Assembly: GCA_013239625.1 (NCBI GenBank)
Contig: MU053216.1
Location: forward strand, 496,001-560,000
Direction: 5' to 3'
DNA: 64,000 nt
Source of the DNA: Lama guanicoe
Taxonomy: Eukaryota
Shown here: one piece after another, positions 33,701 to 46,450 of the stretch
How positions within the stretch are numbered: position 1 is the stretch's first letter
Layout of the letters: every line of letters starts with the position of its first letter
The notes under the pieces: model-generated
Seen by the model: only the letters and a program-made list of their open reading frames with translations
Told to the model about the DNA's origin: nothing
Database searches by the model: none
Made by a program: the position numbers and the translations under genes

Positions 33701-36700
33701 GGGAACCCACCTCGTTCAGCGGAGACCTTGGGGGCCCCGTGCAGACTCTCGGGCTCTGAGTGAGGAGCCGTCATGCTCTGTGCCGTGGCTGATGGTCAGA
33801 GCCACTGACCTCTACCGGGCCCGAGGCAAACCATTCCTCCCACCTGGTGGAAGAAAGTGGTGGCAGAAGGAACAAGGCTGTCCCCCGGGTTCAAGGCTGA
33901 GAGGGCCCCAGCTCCTCCAGCCTGTGTCTGGGGTGGTGGGGGGCGGGGAGCAGGTGTGCTACACGTGAACGTGGAGGTGAGGAGGTGACCTTGAAGGGAG
34001 GTTGGTCTGGCCTTGTTTGAGGCCTGTGGCCAGTTTAGAACAATCTTAGAGACACTTTAGAGGGAGAAGTGAAAATTACTAGAATTTTGAAATGGGTCAT
34101 GGGAAATGGAATTGCAGTCAACTCCTAGTTACTGAGTAAACGTTCATGAAAGCTGCACGGACGTGGTTCCTCTCCCAGGGAGTGCTCAGTCTAGTGGGGA
34201 GACTCGTAAGTCAGCAGACAAGACGGTGGGGGCATCCTCCTACAAGTGGGGTTCAGTGCAGGAAAACCCAGAAATCGCTTGGTGTGCATTGCATTTGGGG
34301 CATGGCCTGATTTACCCCCCCCCCATTTTGATGTGAATATTACTACCAGTGTGCAAACGTGTGTACTTCCCTCGACGGTTCACCACGACCTCCTCAGGTC
34401 CCTTGCTGAGCCGGTGATTATTTTGCTCCATCGCTCCAGCAAAGGGGCTTCAGGTCCAGCAGAGATGTGGGTCAGGCGTCAGGAAGCGTTTTCTCCATCC
34501 AGGTTGAGAGGCCTCGAGACTGCCTGAGCAGGACGGGAGAGTCCAGCTGCGGGGTGGACACCAGGCTTGGTTACAGCCTGTCCGGCCTGAAAGCAAGGGA
34601 CACACAGGGGGTGCCGGGACCCCGAGAGCACCTGAGGGGCTCTGGCCTGGCCTGTGCCGTATCCTCGCAGCCTTCTGGTCTGTGGCTGTCTGGGCCGGCA
34701 CATCTGGGTCCTGGTGACTTTGCCCCTTTGCCGATTCTGACCCTCCTTCAGTCAGGACAGTTTAACGAGGACATGATCCCCACCGTGGGCTTCAACATGC
34801 GCAAGATCACCAAGGGGAATGTGACCATCAAGGTGAGTGTCCAGGAGCGGGACCCTGGATGCACGCACTTGCGTGTGCATGCGCGCATGTGTGTGTGCAC
34901 GTGCATGTGTGCTTGAGTGTGCGTGTGCATGCTTGCGTGTGCGTGTGTGTGTGTGTGTTTGTGTGTGTATATGCGTGTTGGGTGGGGCCGAGGGGCTGCG
35001 GGAGGCGCCTGAGGCCCTGGAGGAGAAGCTGAAGGAAAGCAGAGGCTTGGGTCCAACCAGGTAGTTGGAAGAAGAGAGCAGGAGACGTGAGGAGGCAGAG
35101 GGACCTGGAGAGAGGAGGAACCCCGGGCGGGGGTGGTGCAGGGCGCTTGGGAGCCATGGTGGGTTTGGATGCCTGCCTGCCGCTGAGACCGTCTCCCCTC
35201 CTCTTGCTCAGCTCTGGGACATCGGGGGACAGCCTCGCTTCCGCAGCATGTGGGAGCGCTACTGCCGAGGAGTGAGTGCCATCGTGTAAGTGTCCGGCAG
35301 GGCTGCAGGGACCTCTGGCACAGAACCAGATCGGGCACAGTCCTTGGCCTGTGGCTCACGGCCGCACACAGCTGCCTTTGCTTTGAGGGGCGCTCTGGGC
35401 ACCCACTGGCCAGTTTGAGAACCAGAGCATCAGCCCCCAGAAGGGCCTGTGTGTCCGCACCTGCCTGCCTCCCCCAGCCCAAGCTCACCCTCTCCCGAAT
35501 TTTGTGTGACTTGATGGTTCGTTCCCTTGCTTTTTATATTTTAGTTTATTGTTTTCAGCAGAGGTGCTGGGCTGGAACCCTGAGCCGCCCCCCCACCCCC
35601 TTGCTCTTTGAAAGCAGCTTTATCCTACGGACATGGGCCCAAACGAAGCATTGTTTAGTTTCCGTTGCTCTTAACCTGATTTTTGAACAGCGTCTTGATG
35701 CGGGGAGGTCTTCTGGGGCTTGCTTTGCCGTTCTCCCCTGCCTTACCTCGTCCTCCCATGGGAAGGAAGAGGGTCGCTGTGGGAAGGATGTGGGGGGCTT
35801 CCCCAGGGGCCCTTGGAGGCCGGGGCCGTGGCAGGCCCAGGGGCGCCTGCAGACCTCATTCCCATCGGCCTTGAGCCGCCTGGGTGGCCTGTGGCCCAGG
35901 GTGACCAGCCAGAGCAGTGTTTTCTCTTCCAAGCAGGAGCCCCTTCTCCCCTCATCTCTCAGCTGTGGTGTCAACGTGCTTGTCCCCACCCTGCTGTCCC
36001 CAGGTACATGGTGGACGCCGCTGACCAAGAGAAGATCGAGGCCTCCAAGAATGAGCTCCACAACCTGCTGGACAAGCCCCAGCTGCAGGGCATCCCGGTC
36101 AGCCCCCGGGGCGGGGGGGCCCTGGGGGAGGGCGCTTGCTGCAGAGTTGCGGGGGCAGATGTGGACCAGGCACTGTGGGGGGAGGCAACAGGACTGTGGA
36201 AGCCAGCCCCCTGGACAGCCTGGCCGGAGCTGCCCTGGAGCGAGCCCTTGTGTTCTCCCCCTGCAGGTCTTAGTCCTGGGTAACAAGCGAGACCTCCCAG
36301 GAGCCTTGGATGAGAAGGAGCTGATTGAGAAAATGTGAGCTTGGTGACTCCTCCCTGTCCTTCCTCCCCGCTCTCCAGACTCCCCAGGCTGGGCGCAGAG
36401 GGCTGGCTGCCGCTCTCAGCGTTTGCCGCACGGTGGCGGCAGAGCGCACCATCCCGAGCCTTGCCCCTCACACGGGCCTCCAGCGCAGGCTCCCACCTGC
36501 CCCAGGCCCCCTGGGTGGTTGCCGCCTAGGCAGACTCCTCTGGTTTCCCGCAGGAATCTGTCCGCCATCCAGGACCGAGAGATCTGCTGCTACTCCATCT
36601 CCTGCAAAGAGAAGGACAACATTGGTGCGTGGGTTTGGGGGCAGTGCTGCATTGAGGGGCATGGTGGGGGTGGGAGGGGAAAGCACTTGGATGCTTTGGA

Positions 36701-37068
36701 GCCCAGAGCTCTGTGGTTCTCCTGGGTTGGGACAGGCAGCAGGAGGCCCGGATTCTTAGCATCACCCCAGCTCTGCCATCATCTGGTGTGTGATCTTGGC
36801 CAGTCCTCCCTCCTTGGGGCTCACTCCCCACCCACTCGTGAGGTATCAAGGTCAGACCAGGTGATTCCAGGCCCCTTCCAGCTCCAAGGGACATGGTTTG
36901 TGGCTCCCGTGGCTCTGTCTCTTTCACAGCACCAGACACCCCCAGGGTTGACCCCAGCTGCAGTTCAGAAAGCCTGAGCCCCCTCCAGAAGCCCTGTAAC
37001 CTCCTCTCTCTCCCCCAGACATCACCCTACAGTGGCTTATCCAGCACTCAAAGTCACGGAGAAGCTGA
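30561..37068 (+). CDS. ARL8A: ADP-ribosylation factor-like GTPase 8A (186 aa expected; exon 1 hidden in gap)
   Basis: Visible exons 34752-34832, 35212-35285, 36004-36097, 36267-36334, 36554-36624, 37019-37068 encode [49 protein letters not shown] and ...[13 protein letters not shown]. They total 438 nt; adding a 123-nt exon 1 gives 187 codons. The start coordinate is inferred. Confidence 0.93.
34859..34977. repeat. Alternating purine-pyrimidine (TG/CG/CA) microsatellite in ARL8A intron 2
   Basis: gcgtgtgcatgcgcgcatgtgtgtgtgcacgtgcatgtgtg...gtgtgtgtgtgtgtgt; Z-DNA-prone composition. Confidence 0.8.
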
Positions 37069-37855
37069 GGCTGCTGCCTGCCCCCTCGGACCAGGGAGGC
37101 CGAGCTCCCGCCCCGCCCCCACCCCCCCAAGCCCACCCCTGGTACTCAGCCTGGGGAGGGGCCCTCTGGGGGGGTCCCAGAGTCCTGCTCTGCTGAGGTT
37201 TGAACTCCTGAGTGCTGCTCCCGTGCTTCCCTCTGCAACTCTTCTGTTGTTTTCCTGTGTGTACAGTATATATATGTATATATATTTTAATTTTTTAATT
37301 TAAGCAAAGACTAAAATCACCCATGTGATGCTGCAGGGGCCTGTCAGGGTCGGGGGGACGTCCGGAGACGGGGAGAGTGCTGCGGGCTTGGCTGGGGCAG
37401 GTTCAGGTCAGGACAGGCAAGGCTGCCCGGGGCAGGTGGCCGTCCCCCAGTCCCTGTCCCCGCAGTGCTTGACTGACAGGCCGACGGGAGCCTCTGGAGG
37501 CGCCCGCTCTGTCCTAGCCTCCGCGTGGCCGCCAGGCACGCCCAGGTGCCAGAGATCGCTGGCCGAAGGGGCAGGAGGCCAGCGTGCGAGGCCCCCCGGC
37601 AGCCCCCGGCTCCTGCCCCTCCCCGGGCCCCCACCTCCACGGGCCACCTCATTTTCTGTTCTCATTTTGCAGAGTTGCACACGGAGAGAACTCAGCACGG
37701 GGGGTTGGTTCTTTGGGTTTGTTTTTTGTTTGTTGGTTTAATTTAATGGTTTGTAAAGTGACTCTCTTCCTTTTTACACTTTCAGCTCATATTTAACCTC
37801 TGTTTGGAAAATGATTCTTGTAACTGTACTTTTTTTGCCTCCTAACAACAATGAG

Positions 37856-37861
37856 AATAAA
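37856..37861 (+). terminator. ARL8A polyadenylation signal
   Basis: AATAAA after a U-rich 3' UTR block, followed by a GT-rich downstream element (ttttgtgttgg). Confidence 0.75.
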
Positions 37862-40811
37862 TGACGGTTTTGTGTTGGGGGGTGCGTGGTGCGGGCTATT
37901 TCCGTGGGTGGCGTGGGACGACGGCCAGCCCGGGGACCCGGCCCCCCTGCCCCGGCGCACACAGCGGAGGGAGGCACGCGCTCACCCGGGCTCACAATGG
38001 CCCTTCACAGAGCTGCCCAGCGTGTGCTCCGGCTGCCCCCATCCCGCCGCCTCCTCTGGTCAGACTCCAAGCCAGCAGCTTAGCTGGGCCATGGTGGCAG
38101 GAGTGCGGGGCCACACCCATTTCCTCAGATTCTGGTCGGGGGTAAGGGCTCCACCTGCAGCCAGAGACGCTGGAGCCAGTGAACTGTTGGAGAGGGCGGG
38201 GGGCTTCCCCTCTGCAGCCTCTCTGTCGGTGTCTGGCTGCTGGTTTTGGGGAGAGGCCATACCCTCCCTCCTCTGCCCACCCCCTCCTCTCCCTGCCCAG
38301 ACTTAAAGCTGGTCCCTCTGGCTGCCTGCAGCTGCAGCCTCAGAGCCTTGCGGGCCCTGCTGCTCAGGGCCCTGCTGCTCAAATCCGGGGCCATCTTGAC
38401 CCAGTTTGACTGTAAGCCCCGCCCCCAGCTCCCCTCCGCCCCGCATGGAGCGGCCCTGCTGAAGGCCCATCGGCTCCCCCACCTCTGCAGGAGGGAGGCC
38501 GGACCCTCGGTCCTGGGAGCGGGGCCCACCCTGCTGGCTCCTGAGCTTCACCAGCCTTCCTTGGTGCTTCCTCCTAGTGGCACCTTCGGGCCCCAGGCGC
38601 AGGGAGAGAGGACCTGCCTGGAGAGGGCGTTTGCTCCCCACTGCCGCAAGTCTGGGGGAAAAGTGGATAGAGTCTGGCAGGTGGAGCTACCTGACTACAG
38701 GGCGCCTTCCAGTGCGTGCCCCCGGGCTGAGGAGCTTGGCGCTGGGGCCAGGCTGTCCCCTGGGTGCTCCTGGCTTCGAGGTGGTAGGGGACGCCGTGGC
38801 CTGGGGGGCTGGGGCAGGACTGACAGTCTCACTGATCCTGGGAGCAGGGCGGGCACCTTCAGGGCTGACCTGCCTTTCTCGTGCTGTGTCCTCTGATGAG
38901 AGCGAGGCCTGAGATGAGACAGGAGGAGCTGGTTACCGGCAAGCAGGTGTCCTGCCGCGGAGCCTGGTATCACAGACCGTGCATGTGCGTGTCCCGCTGC
39001 ACACGCACTGCCCGGGCCCAGCCTGCTCTGCGGTTCTGGAGAGTTAACTCCCGGGGTGGGGAGAAGGGGAAGGTGCCGGGCGTCGTGCCGGGTGCTGGAT
39101 GTATCGCCTCCTGTTCAGCGACTCCAGGCCCTGTGAGGGGTTATTCCACATTCTACCAATGGGGTCCAGTGGCCGGGTCCGTTGACCAGGGGGAGGCGAT
39201 TCTTGCTGCAAGTGCAGGGGTGGGGGTGGGGGTGGGGGGCTCAGTGGGTTGGTCCCTCCCCAGGGCTGGCATCAGGGTCTGAGAGCTGTCCCCTCAAGTC
39301 CAGCTCAAGGCCTCTGCTCACCACTGCCAGCCTGCCCCTCCACCCCAGGCCCGGGACCCCTAAGCGACAAGCGCTGCATTGTTCCCCCAGCTGGCCCGGC
39401 CAGCGGGACAGTGGCTCTTTCCCAAGGCCCGCTGGCCTGCTGACTGAATCTGCAAGCCCCTCGCGTTGCTGGGCCCTGGGCGGTGGTGGTGCCGGGCCTC
39501 GGAGCGCACATCTCCTCTCTTGGGCTCTGAGCCGGCCAACTAGCCGCCGGGAGAGGCAGGGCGTGCCCTTTGTGGCAGAGCCCCTGAGACAGGATGTAGA
39601 GGTGCCCCCGCCCCTCCTGTCAGCCTCCCATCCTCCGGCCTCGTGTCCCAACTTCACCCCGGCCCCCTCCTATGTCCGGTAGGAAGCTGCTGGTATGGCC
39701 AGGATTGGGGGGGTCGGGGAGAGGGAGTGTGGGGGGTGATGCAGAGGAAGACAAGCCCCTCTTCGGACCCCTCTCCAACTTGCTCCCCCCACCTGCCTCG
39801 TTTCTGCAGATGAAGCAGGCGGGTGGGGGGCTTCAGTCCCTGTGGCAGTAGGTCTGCCGAGAAACAAGGGGTGTCATTCCCAGCACAAAGAGTGCGTGCT
39901 CGCAGCGCCATCACCTAGCAACCGCCTCCCTCTTGGCGTCGCCCGTCCTGGGGGTGGGTGCCAGGGAGAGAGAACAAGGCCGTTAAGATCTCCAGGAGAG
40001 GGGGAAGGAGGCTTGGGGCGGGGCAGGCTGGGCGTGGGTGGGGTGGACAGAGGAGAATGGATCCAGGGCACCGGCGACTCCTGCGCCTCAGTGTCCCTGG
40101 CCCTGGGGACCCTCCTGCGACCCCACACAGGTGTTCTCGGCGGGGCTGGCAGTGGAAGTCACCGTGGGACCCAGGGCTGCACTTCAGACAGGAAGGGTGG
40201 GCTTGCGGGGCGGGGAGTGGTCAGTGGCCTAGGCCGAGGCATCCGTCTAACTGACCCTGTGCCAACTTCTCTGGCCCCAGATGGCGAAGGGGCCTCTGGA
40301 AAGGGCTGGAGGAGCAGCAAGAGGAACGAGTCTGCGGGGGCGTCGATGGAGCGCTGGCTGCCAGGAAGCGGGTGGGGTGGGGGCAGGCAAGGGGCAGGCA
40401 GCTGGGCCATCCGCAGGCCGAACAGTCTGTTCTAAGAAGCTGAACAAGAATGGCTCTCAGAGTCAGTGAGGCTGGAAGCCCCGGCCTCATGGAGGGAAGG
40501 CTGCTGGCTTCCCTCAAATGGGGGCTTTGTGGGGAAGGAGGAGCAGCGGCGGGGGCTCCAGTGGGGACAAGTTTGCAGCCTTTGGCTCCCCGGGGACGGC
40601 TGGGCTGAGGCCAGCATGAGGACGTGGTGCCCCAGCTCCCAGCCCTCCATCCACTCTGCCTCTCGAAAGCCACAGGCCTCGGGCTGGACCAGACACAGGC
40701 CACAGGCAGGGAAGGGCCAGAGGTGGCCAGGAGGGGAAGGCCCAGGTGCATCGGGCACTGCCAGAATGTGGCACAAGAAAGTCCTGGGGGCACAGGGGCG
40801 GATCTACCTAG

Positions 40812-40817
40812 TTTATT
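40812..40817 (-). terminator. GPR37L1 polyadenylation signal
   Basis: tttatt on the plus strand (AATAAA on minus), about 500 nt past the stop codon. Confidence 0.7.
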
Positions 40818-41320
40818 GTTTTCCAGGAAGGGCCTTCTGTGGGGGAGCACCCCGCAGGGGCTGGGGACGGGGCCACCGGGATACATCAAAGAAGGATGGA
40901 GAAGGAAATCCTCCCAGAGAAGGGATGGCGCCTGAGGAGATGTCCAGGGCTGGGATGGGTCCGGTCCGGAGGACAGCCCAGTCGCTGGCCTGCAAGAGCC
41001 TCGTCCAGGATGGGTGATGATGGGGCACAAGCCGGGCTCCAGATGGAGAGAGGGACTGGGGCTGGACCAGGCCAGGCTCTGCCCTCCGGCTGGGGGGTGC
41101 AGAGTTTCTGGGCAGCTCTAGGGACCGGAGGCACCACCGCCCACCAGTGAGAGGACGGGCGGGCAGGCCCCAGCGTGTCTGGGAAGGGGGCTCAGGGAGG
41201 GGGCTCCCACACACCTGGACCCCAGCAAGAGGCACCAAATCCATCTCTGTACAGAGGGACAGACAGAAAAGCAGGACCCGTGGGGACGGAGCTCCCTCCC
41301 GACCCCAGGCCATCCAGGCC

Positions 41321-44300
41321 TCAGCAGGGCGTGCCCAGGGCCAGGAGTGGCGGCGACTCCCTGGGCTTGTGGAAGTAGACGGGGGCAGACAGCTCCTCCG
41401 TCTTGAGCTTGCCGTCCGGGCCGGCGGCGGCTGCGGCCCCCCCACAGCCCTGGCAGCAGCAGCAGCAGCAGTCCAGGAAGGCACGGCCCAGTGGCCGGCA
41501 CACGCACAGGAGGAGCACGGGCGTGACGGCGGCCCTGAAGAAGGAGGAGAACTGGGTGACGAGGCCCAGGAGGTCCAGGGTCCGGCGGGTCAGCGCAGCT
41601 GACAGGTAGGCCGCCACGACGTTGCACACGTTCTCGGGGAGGGTGCAGAGAGCGTAGACGGCCGTCAGGCCCATGACGGTGCTGCTGAGCTGGCCCTCAC
41701 CCTGCTCCTGCCGGCCCGCCCGGCACTCAGGCCTCCTGCCCGGGGGGCCCCGCACCCGCCACGTCACCAGCTGGCAGGTGACCGTGAAGAGGACGGGCAG
41801 GCAGAAGTAGCAGCCAAAGGACCACCAGGTGCGAGCGTTCTGGTAGGTCATGACCAGCGAGTACAGGGACTCAGGCAGGCGGGCCGAGGGCTTCATGACG
41901 CACGAGTCCACCGTGCCCCCAGTGGGGCCTGGCTCCTGCACCAGATGCCACAGCAGGAGCTCGGGCACGGCCAGCGTCATGGAGCCCACCCAGATAACCG
42001 CCAGCTTGGCCAGGATGGATGGGCACGGTTCGACGAGCCTCGCCTTGGGCAGGGTGCTGGTGGCCACGTGGAAGCGGTCGATGCCCAGGGCACAGAGGCT
42101 GAAGGTGGTGACACCCAAGGAGGAGACCTGCGGGCAGGCATGGAGCAAGAGGCGAGGGCTCAGCCCCGGGCCTCTGAGGGGCCGGCTTCCAGCCCGGGGA
42201 GACCAAGAGCTGGTGGCAGGCGTGGGACAGACAGCGGTAACTCCACTGGGCAGGGAGCACTTCCCACCCACCTCCCGTCACCCTCAGGTCTCATGGCCCA
42301 CGTGTCACAGGACAACCTGCGCCCATGCAGGACCAGGGACGTGGCGGCAGCAGAGCTCAGGTCTCCACACAGGACGCCTCTCTTGCCACCTGCCTCCTCG
42401 CCTCTGGGGCCAGGGTGAGCGGCCTGGGTCCCACAAACCTCGTGCTCCCTGAGACTTTGGGAAACTGTCTCTGAGGACGAACACAGGTATGAATGGGGCG
42501 TCCTGGGTCCTCTGTCCCCTCACTGTCGACGTGCATGGAGCGAGCAGCCTGGGGGATGTGGGGGCACACTCATTCACACTCACACACACACACACGCGTG
42601 CTCACTCTCATACTTACGCTCTTACACTCATACTCACATCCACACACTTACACTCTCAGTCCCTCCTGCCCCGCCCGAGAAGCCCGGGGCCAGAGCCCTG
42701 CAGAGAAGCAGCCCCTCCAGGCCGGCCTGAGCCCACATGCTGGTCACGGAAGCCCACCTTGGGAGCAGAGGAGCACAGCAGCAGGGAAGGCAGCCAGAGA
42801 GAAGGAAGGCCTCCAGCTCAGGGGGCGTCCGGCCACGCCCAGAGCTTGTGCTCAGAACCCCGTCGGTCCAGGCTCTTCCCTCCCGGCCGGGGCGGCACAG
42901 GCCGCTGCGTATTAGCGCCGGCTGCCTCCGAGTGAGTGTGCTCTGTGGGAAACCCCCCCATCCTGGCAGGCTTGGGCAAGAACACCACTCTCTCCCACAT
43001 CTCAGGAAGTACCCACTCGTCACCCAGCTCTTCCCTGGCCCTCCGGGGGCCTCCGTTCAAAAGGGACGGGGGTCATGTTTTGTCCCTTGACGCCCACCCG
43101 TCACCAAGCTCCGTCAGCTCCTGGGTCACTCAGTCCTCCAGTCCGTGGAGGGGCCCGCCTCGGGGATATAGGTGACTGAGCCCCACCATCCGGCGGGGCT
43201 GGGCTCTCCTGGCCACCAGCCACACGCAGGCAAGTGCTCATACGTGTCTGCTCTCCCCTCCTGTTCTCAGACCTTTCCCAGGAAAAACCACCACAATCGA
43301 ATCACTCTAATTCAGAGCACTTGGTGACATCGCACATGCAATCCTTCAGAAGTCCGTTCAGCCCTGTGACGATCATCCCCAGTTCACAGGGGAGGAGGCG
43401 GAGGCTGAGCTGGTCGAGCGACTTGCTGAGGGCACTCAGCCGGTCAGGGGCAAAGCCCAGCTTCTGTCCAGTCTGCCCAGTTCCAAGGCCCCGGCCTGAC
43501 CTCCCGCAGCGCACCTGGGCTCTGAGCTTCCGAGGGCCAAGGCTGTCCCCAGCTGCAGGGACTTCCTTCAGGTGTGAGCACCTCTGGGCCCCAGTAGGTG
43601 GTCTCTCCGGGCTGGGAAGGGCGCAGACCACTGAGCCTGAGAGCTTGTTCGTCTGTGGACTCGTCCCTAGCCGCAGTGGCCGGGGACAGAGCCGGGACCA
43701 GGACTGCGTCCACGTGCCTCTTCCGAGTCCCCCCCACCCCACCGTGTCGCACAACACCCTCCACTCCAGGAGGAACGGCAGCCCCCGTGGGGCGGCCACA
43801 GTCACTCCAGCCCTCACTGTGACCCTCCACACAACCGAAATCTGCAAGGCTGCTCGTCTAATCCGTCCCTACACAGATGAGGCAGCCTTGCTGCACCTCG
43901 CACCAGTGCACACATTCTGGTCTTTTCTCATTCTTTTGCTTAAGCTGTCTCTTTGCAATCTACAGGTCCATCCACACCCATGCGCTCATCCCAGCAGGGA
44001 AGTTCCCCGCGGTGAGGGGAGTGGTCCACCTTGGAATAACAGAACAACACAGCTGCGAGTGTCACTTGGTCCACCTCTGGTCGGGAGCCAGGGAACTGGA
44101 GAGGAGCTGTGACCAGCCCAGTAAACCCCGTATGCCAGTGACGGGGCTGCCCCTAGGGCCCCCACCCGCAGCTCCGGCCCCCAGAGCCAGGTCTCCCCTT
44201 TCAGAGAGGATCGAGGAGGTGGCTGATGGTGACGCCAGCAACCATCACAGTGAGGAGCCATCCTTCCTTCCATGTTGGCATGCGGGGGAGTAGACACTGA

Positions 44301-45291
44301 CTTGACTGGAGGCTGGGGTGGGGGTCTCTAGGAAATTGGAATCTGCCTTCAGGCACTGCCCAGGGAGGCAGGAAATGAGGGGTGAAGAGGAGCCACAGAG
44401 GGAGAGGAAGGAGGCACACAAAGGACAGAGTGATTTCTTGGGTGGAAAGATGGAGGAGGGTTAAGGCGGGGCAGGGGACCATCAGAGAGGCTGCTCCTGG
44501 GCCTGGAACCCAGGGCCCTGCACACCTGGCTGCTGGTTACCTGAGAGCCACCAAGACCCTCACTGTATTTGCCCCCTGGCCTGATCTGCGGGAGAAGCCA
44601 GGCAGCCCCCAGGCCTCCGGGCCTGGCAGCACCCCTGGGCTGCAGGGGGACGCGCGCTCACCTCCAGGAAGGGCACGGCGCGGCAGGAGACGTCGCCCAG
44701 AAGCCTCTGCTTGGTGATCTCGTTGAAGATGACGACCGGGAGACAGAAGAAGAGGACCAGGAAGTCCCAGAGAGCCAGGCTGGCAAGGATGGAGTTCCAG
44801 GCGCTCTTCAAGTAGTAGCTGTGCCAGACGACGCACATGACGGACAGGCTGCCCACAACGCCCACGGCGAACAGCACCAGGGCGAGCAGCAGGACCGCGT
44901 AGGCACCGTAGGAGCCCTCGGTCACCGGGTACAGGGGGTTCTGGATCCGCAGTCGCCGGCCCGGCATCCCCACCGGGCTTCCCCGCGGCTCCAGCCCACC
45001 GCCCAGAGCGCCCCCGTCCCTGTCCGGGCGGGGGCTGGGGGCCACCCAGGGCTGGGAGGGCTGGGGGTCGGCGGGGGCGATGGGCCGCGGGTACTCCCCC
45101 CACTCCTCAGGCACATACTGCTGCGCCTTCTTGGCCTCCTCATCCTCAGTGCCTCTCCTGGGCCGGCTCTGCTGCTCCCAGGCCCCTGCCCTGGGCTCAT
45201 CCCAGGGCAGGGTGGCCCCCCTAGAGACTCTGCCCGGCCCCACAGCCAACGCCATGGCCAGGGAGACAGCCAGCGGCCACAGCCACCGCAT
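41321..45291 (-). CDS. GPR37L1: G protein-coupled receptor 37-like 1, 478 aa, 2 exons
   Basis: Exon 1 44662-45291 ([12 protein letters not shown]... to CRAVPFLE|GT) and exon 2 41321-42127 (AG|[19 protein letters not shown]...poly-Cys...LGTPC*); seven hydrophobic helices. Confidence 0.97.
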
Positions 45292-45964
45292 GGCCGGACA
45301 AGCGGGAGGCAGCTGCCCACGGAGAGATGTGGCAAGGACCCGAGCTCTGGGCTGACTCGAGACAGGCAGCTGGCCGGTCGGTCCGCCCCCAGTCAGGCGT
45401 CTGGCATCGCCAGCCTGCTCCAGCGGACCCGAGCAGCTCCCTCCCGCCTGGCCAGCTGGTCAGGGCCCTCTGCTGGACACAGAGAACTCTGCGCAGCCCC
45501 CCAGGACACCTTGTCAGGCCCCACGGGCGGCAGCACTGGGACCTGGCGCCCCAGAGGCCAGTTGCCCCAGGGAGCTGCCCCTGCCGAGAGGGGGCACAGC
45601 TGCAGGGGTCCCCTGGGGAGGAGGGCAGGGCTCCATCGCACCTCAGGAGGCAACTCCAGGGCAGCCCCACCACCCAAACTGCATCACCGCCACTTCCTGG
45701 CCCCGACGAGGCCCCGCCGTCGACAGCTCTGCAGGGGGTAGCCACTACCACCGTGTCTCTGATTAGAAAGGAGGTCGGTCACTGACCACAGACAAAGCCT
45801 GCCCGGGCTGGCCCGGCACCTGGATCTGACTCCTGACCTGACCCATCAACGTTCTCCGCAGGCGCGAGTCCACCTGCTCACCTGCTCACCACACAAACTC
45901 CCCCTGAGGACAGCGACAGTCAAAACCTGAAAACACCACGTTCCGATCCAGACACAAGACGCAC

Positions 45965-46450
45965 GGACATTCACAATAACAGAGACTTACTGAGCCCCTG
46001 CTGTGTTCTAGAGACAGAATGCAGAAATGTAACCACCAGGGAGACTTCGGTCCGGGTTGGGGGATAAATGTGTGTATAGGTAATTACAATTCAGTGGTGG
46101 GTGCTATGAAAGGCAAGGGGCCGGTCGCTGAGGGAGCCCAAAGTCGCCTAGAGGGATGTGGAAGGCCTCTCTGACTAGGAGACTTTCGAATGGACCTGTG
46201 AGTTCACTAGGCAGACAATGGGGAGGGAGGGGTGCTCTGGGCAGAAGAGGCAGCATGTGCAAAGGCACTGGGGTGTGAGGGCAGCGACATACCTGGAAGA
46301 CAGCAGGGAGAGTGTGGGGAGGGAGCATGGGAGTCTGGGGCGAGGAGCCTGGGGAGGTCAGCGGAGGAAGGGCCGGGAAGCACCCTGTACATCAGGCCAA
46401 GGAGTTTACACTTGTCCTGAAGGCAGTGGGCAGGGCTGCGGGCTGTGGAG
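45965..46450 (-). mobile_element. L2 LINE fossil
   Basis: cattcacaataacagagacttactgagcccctgctgtg...ggcagaagaggcagcatgtgcaaaggcactggggtgtgag...gccaaggagtttacacttgtcctga. Confidence 0.6.
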
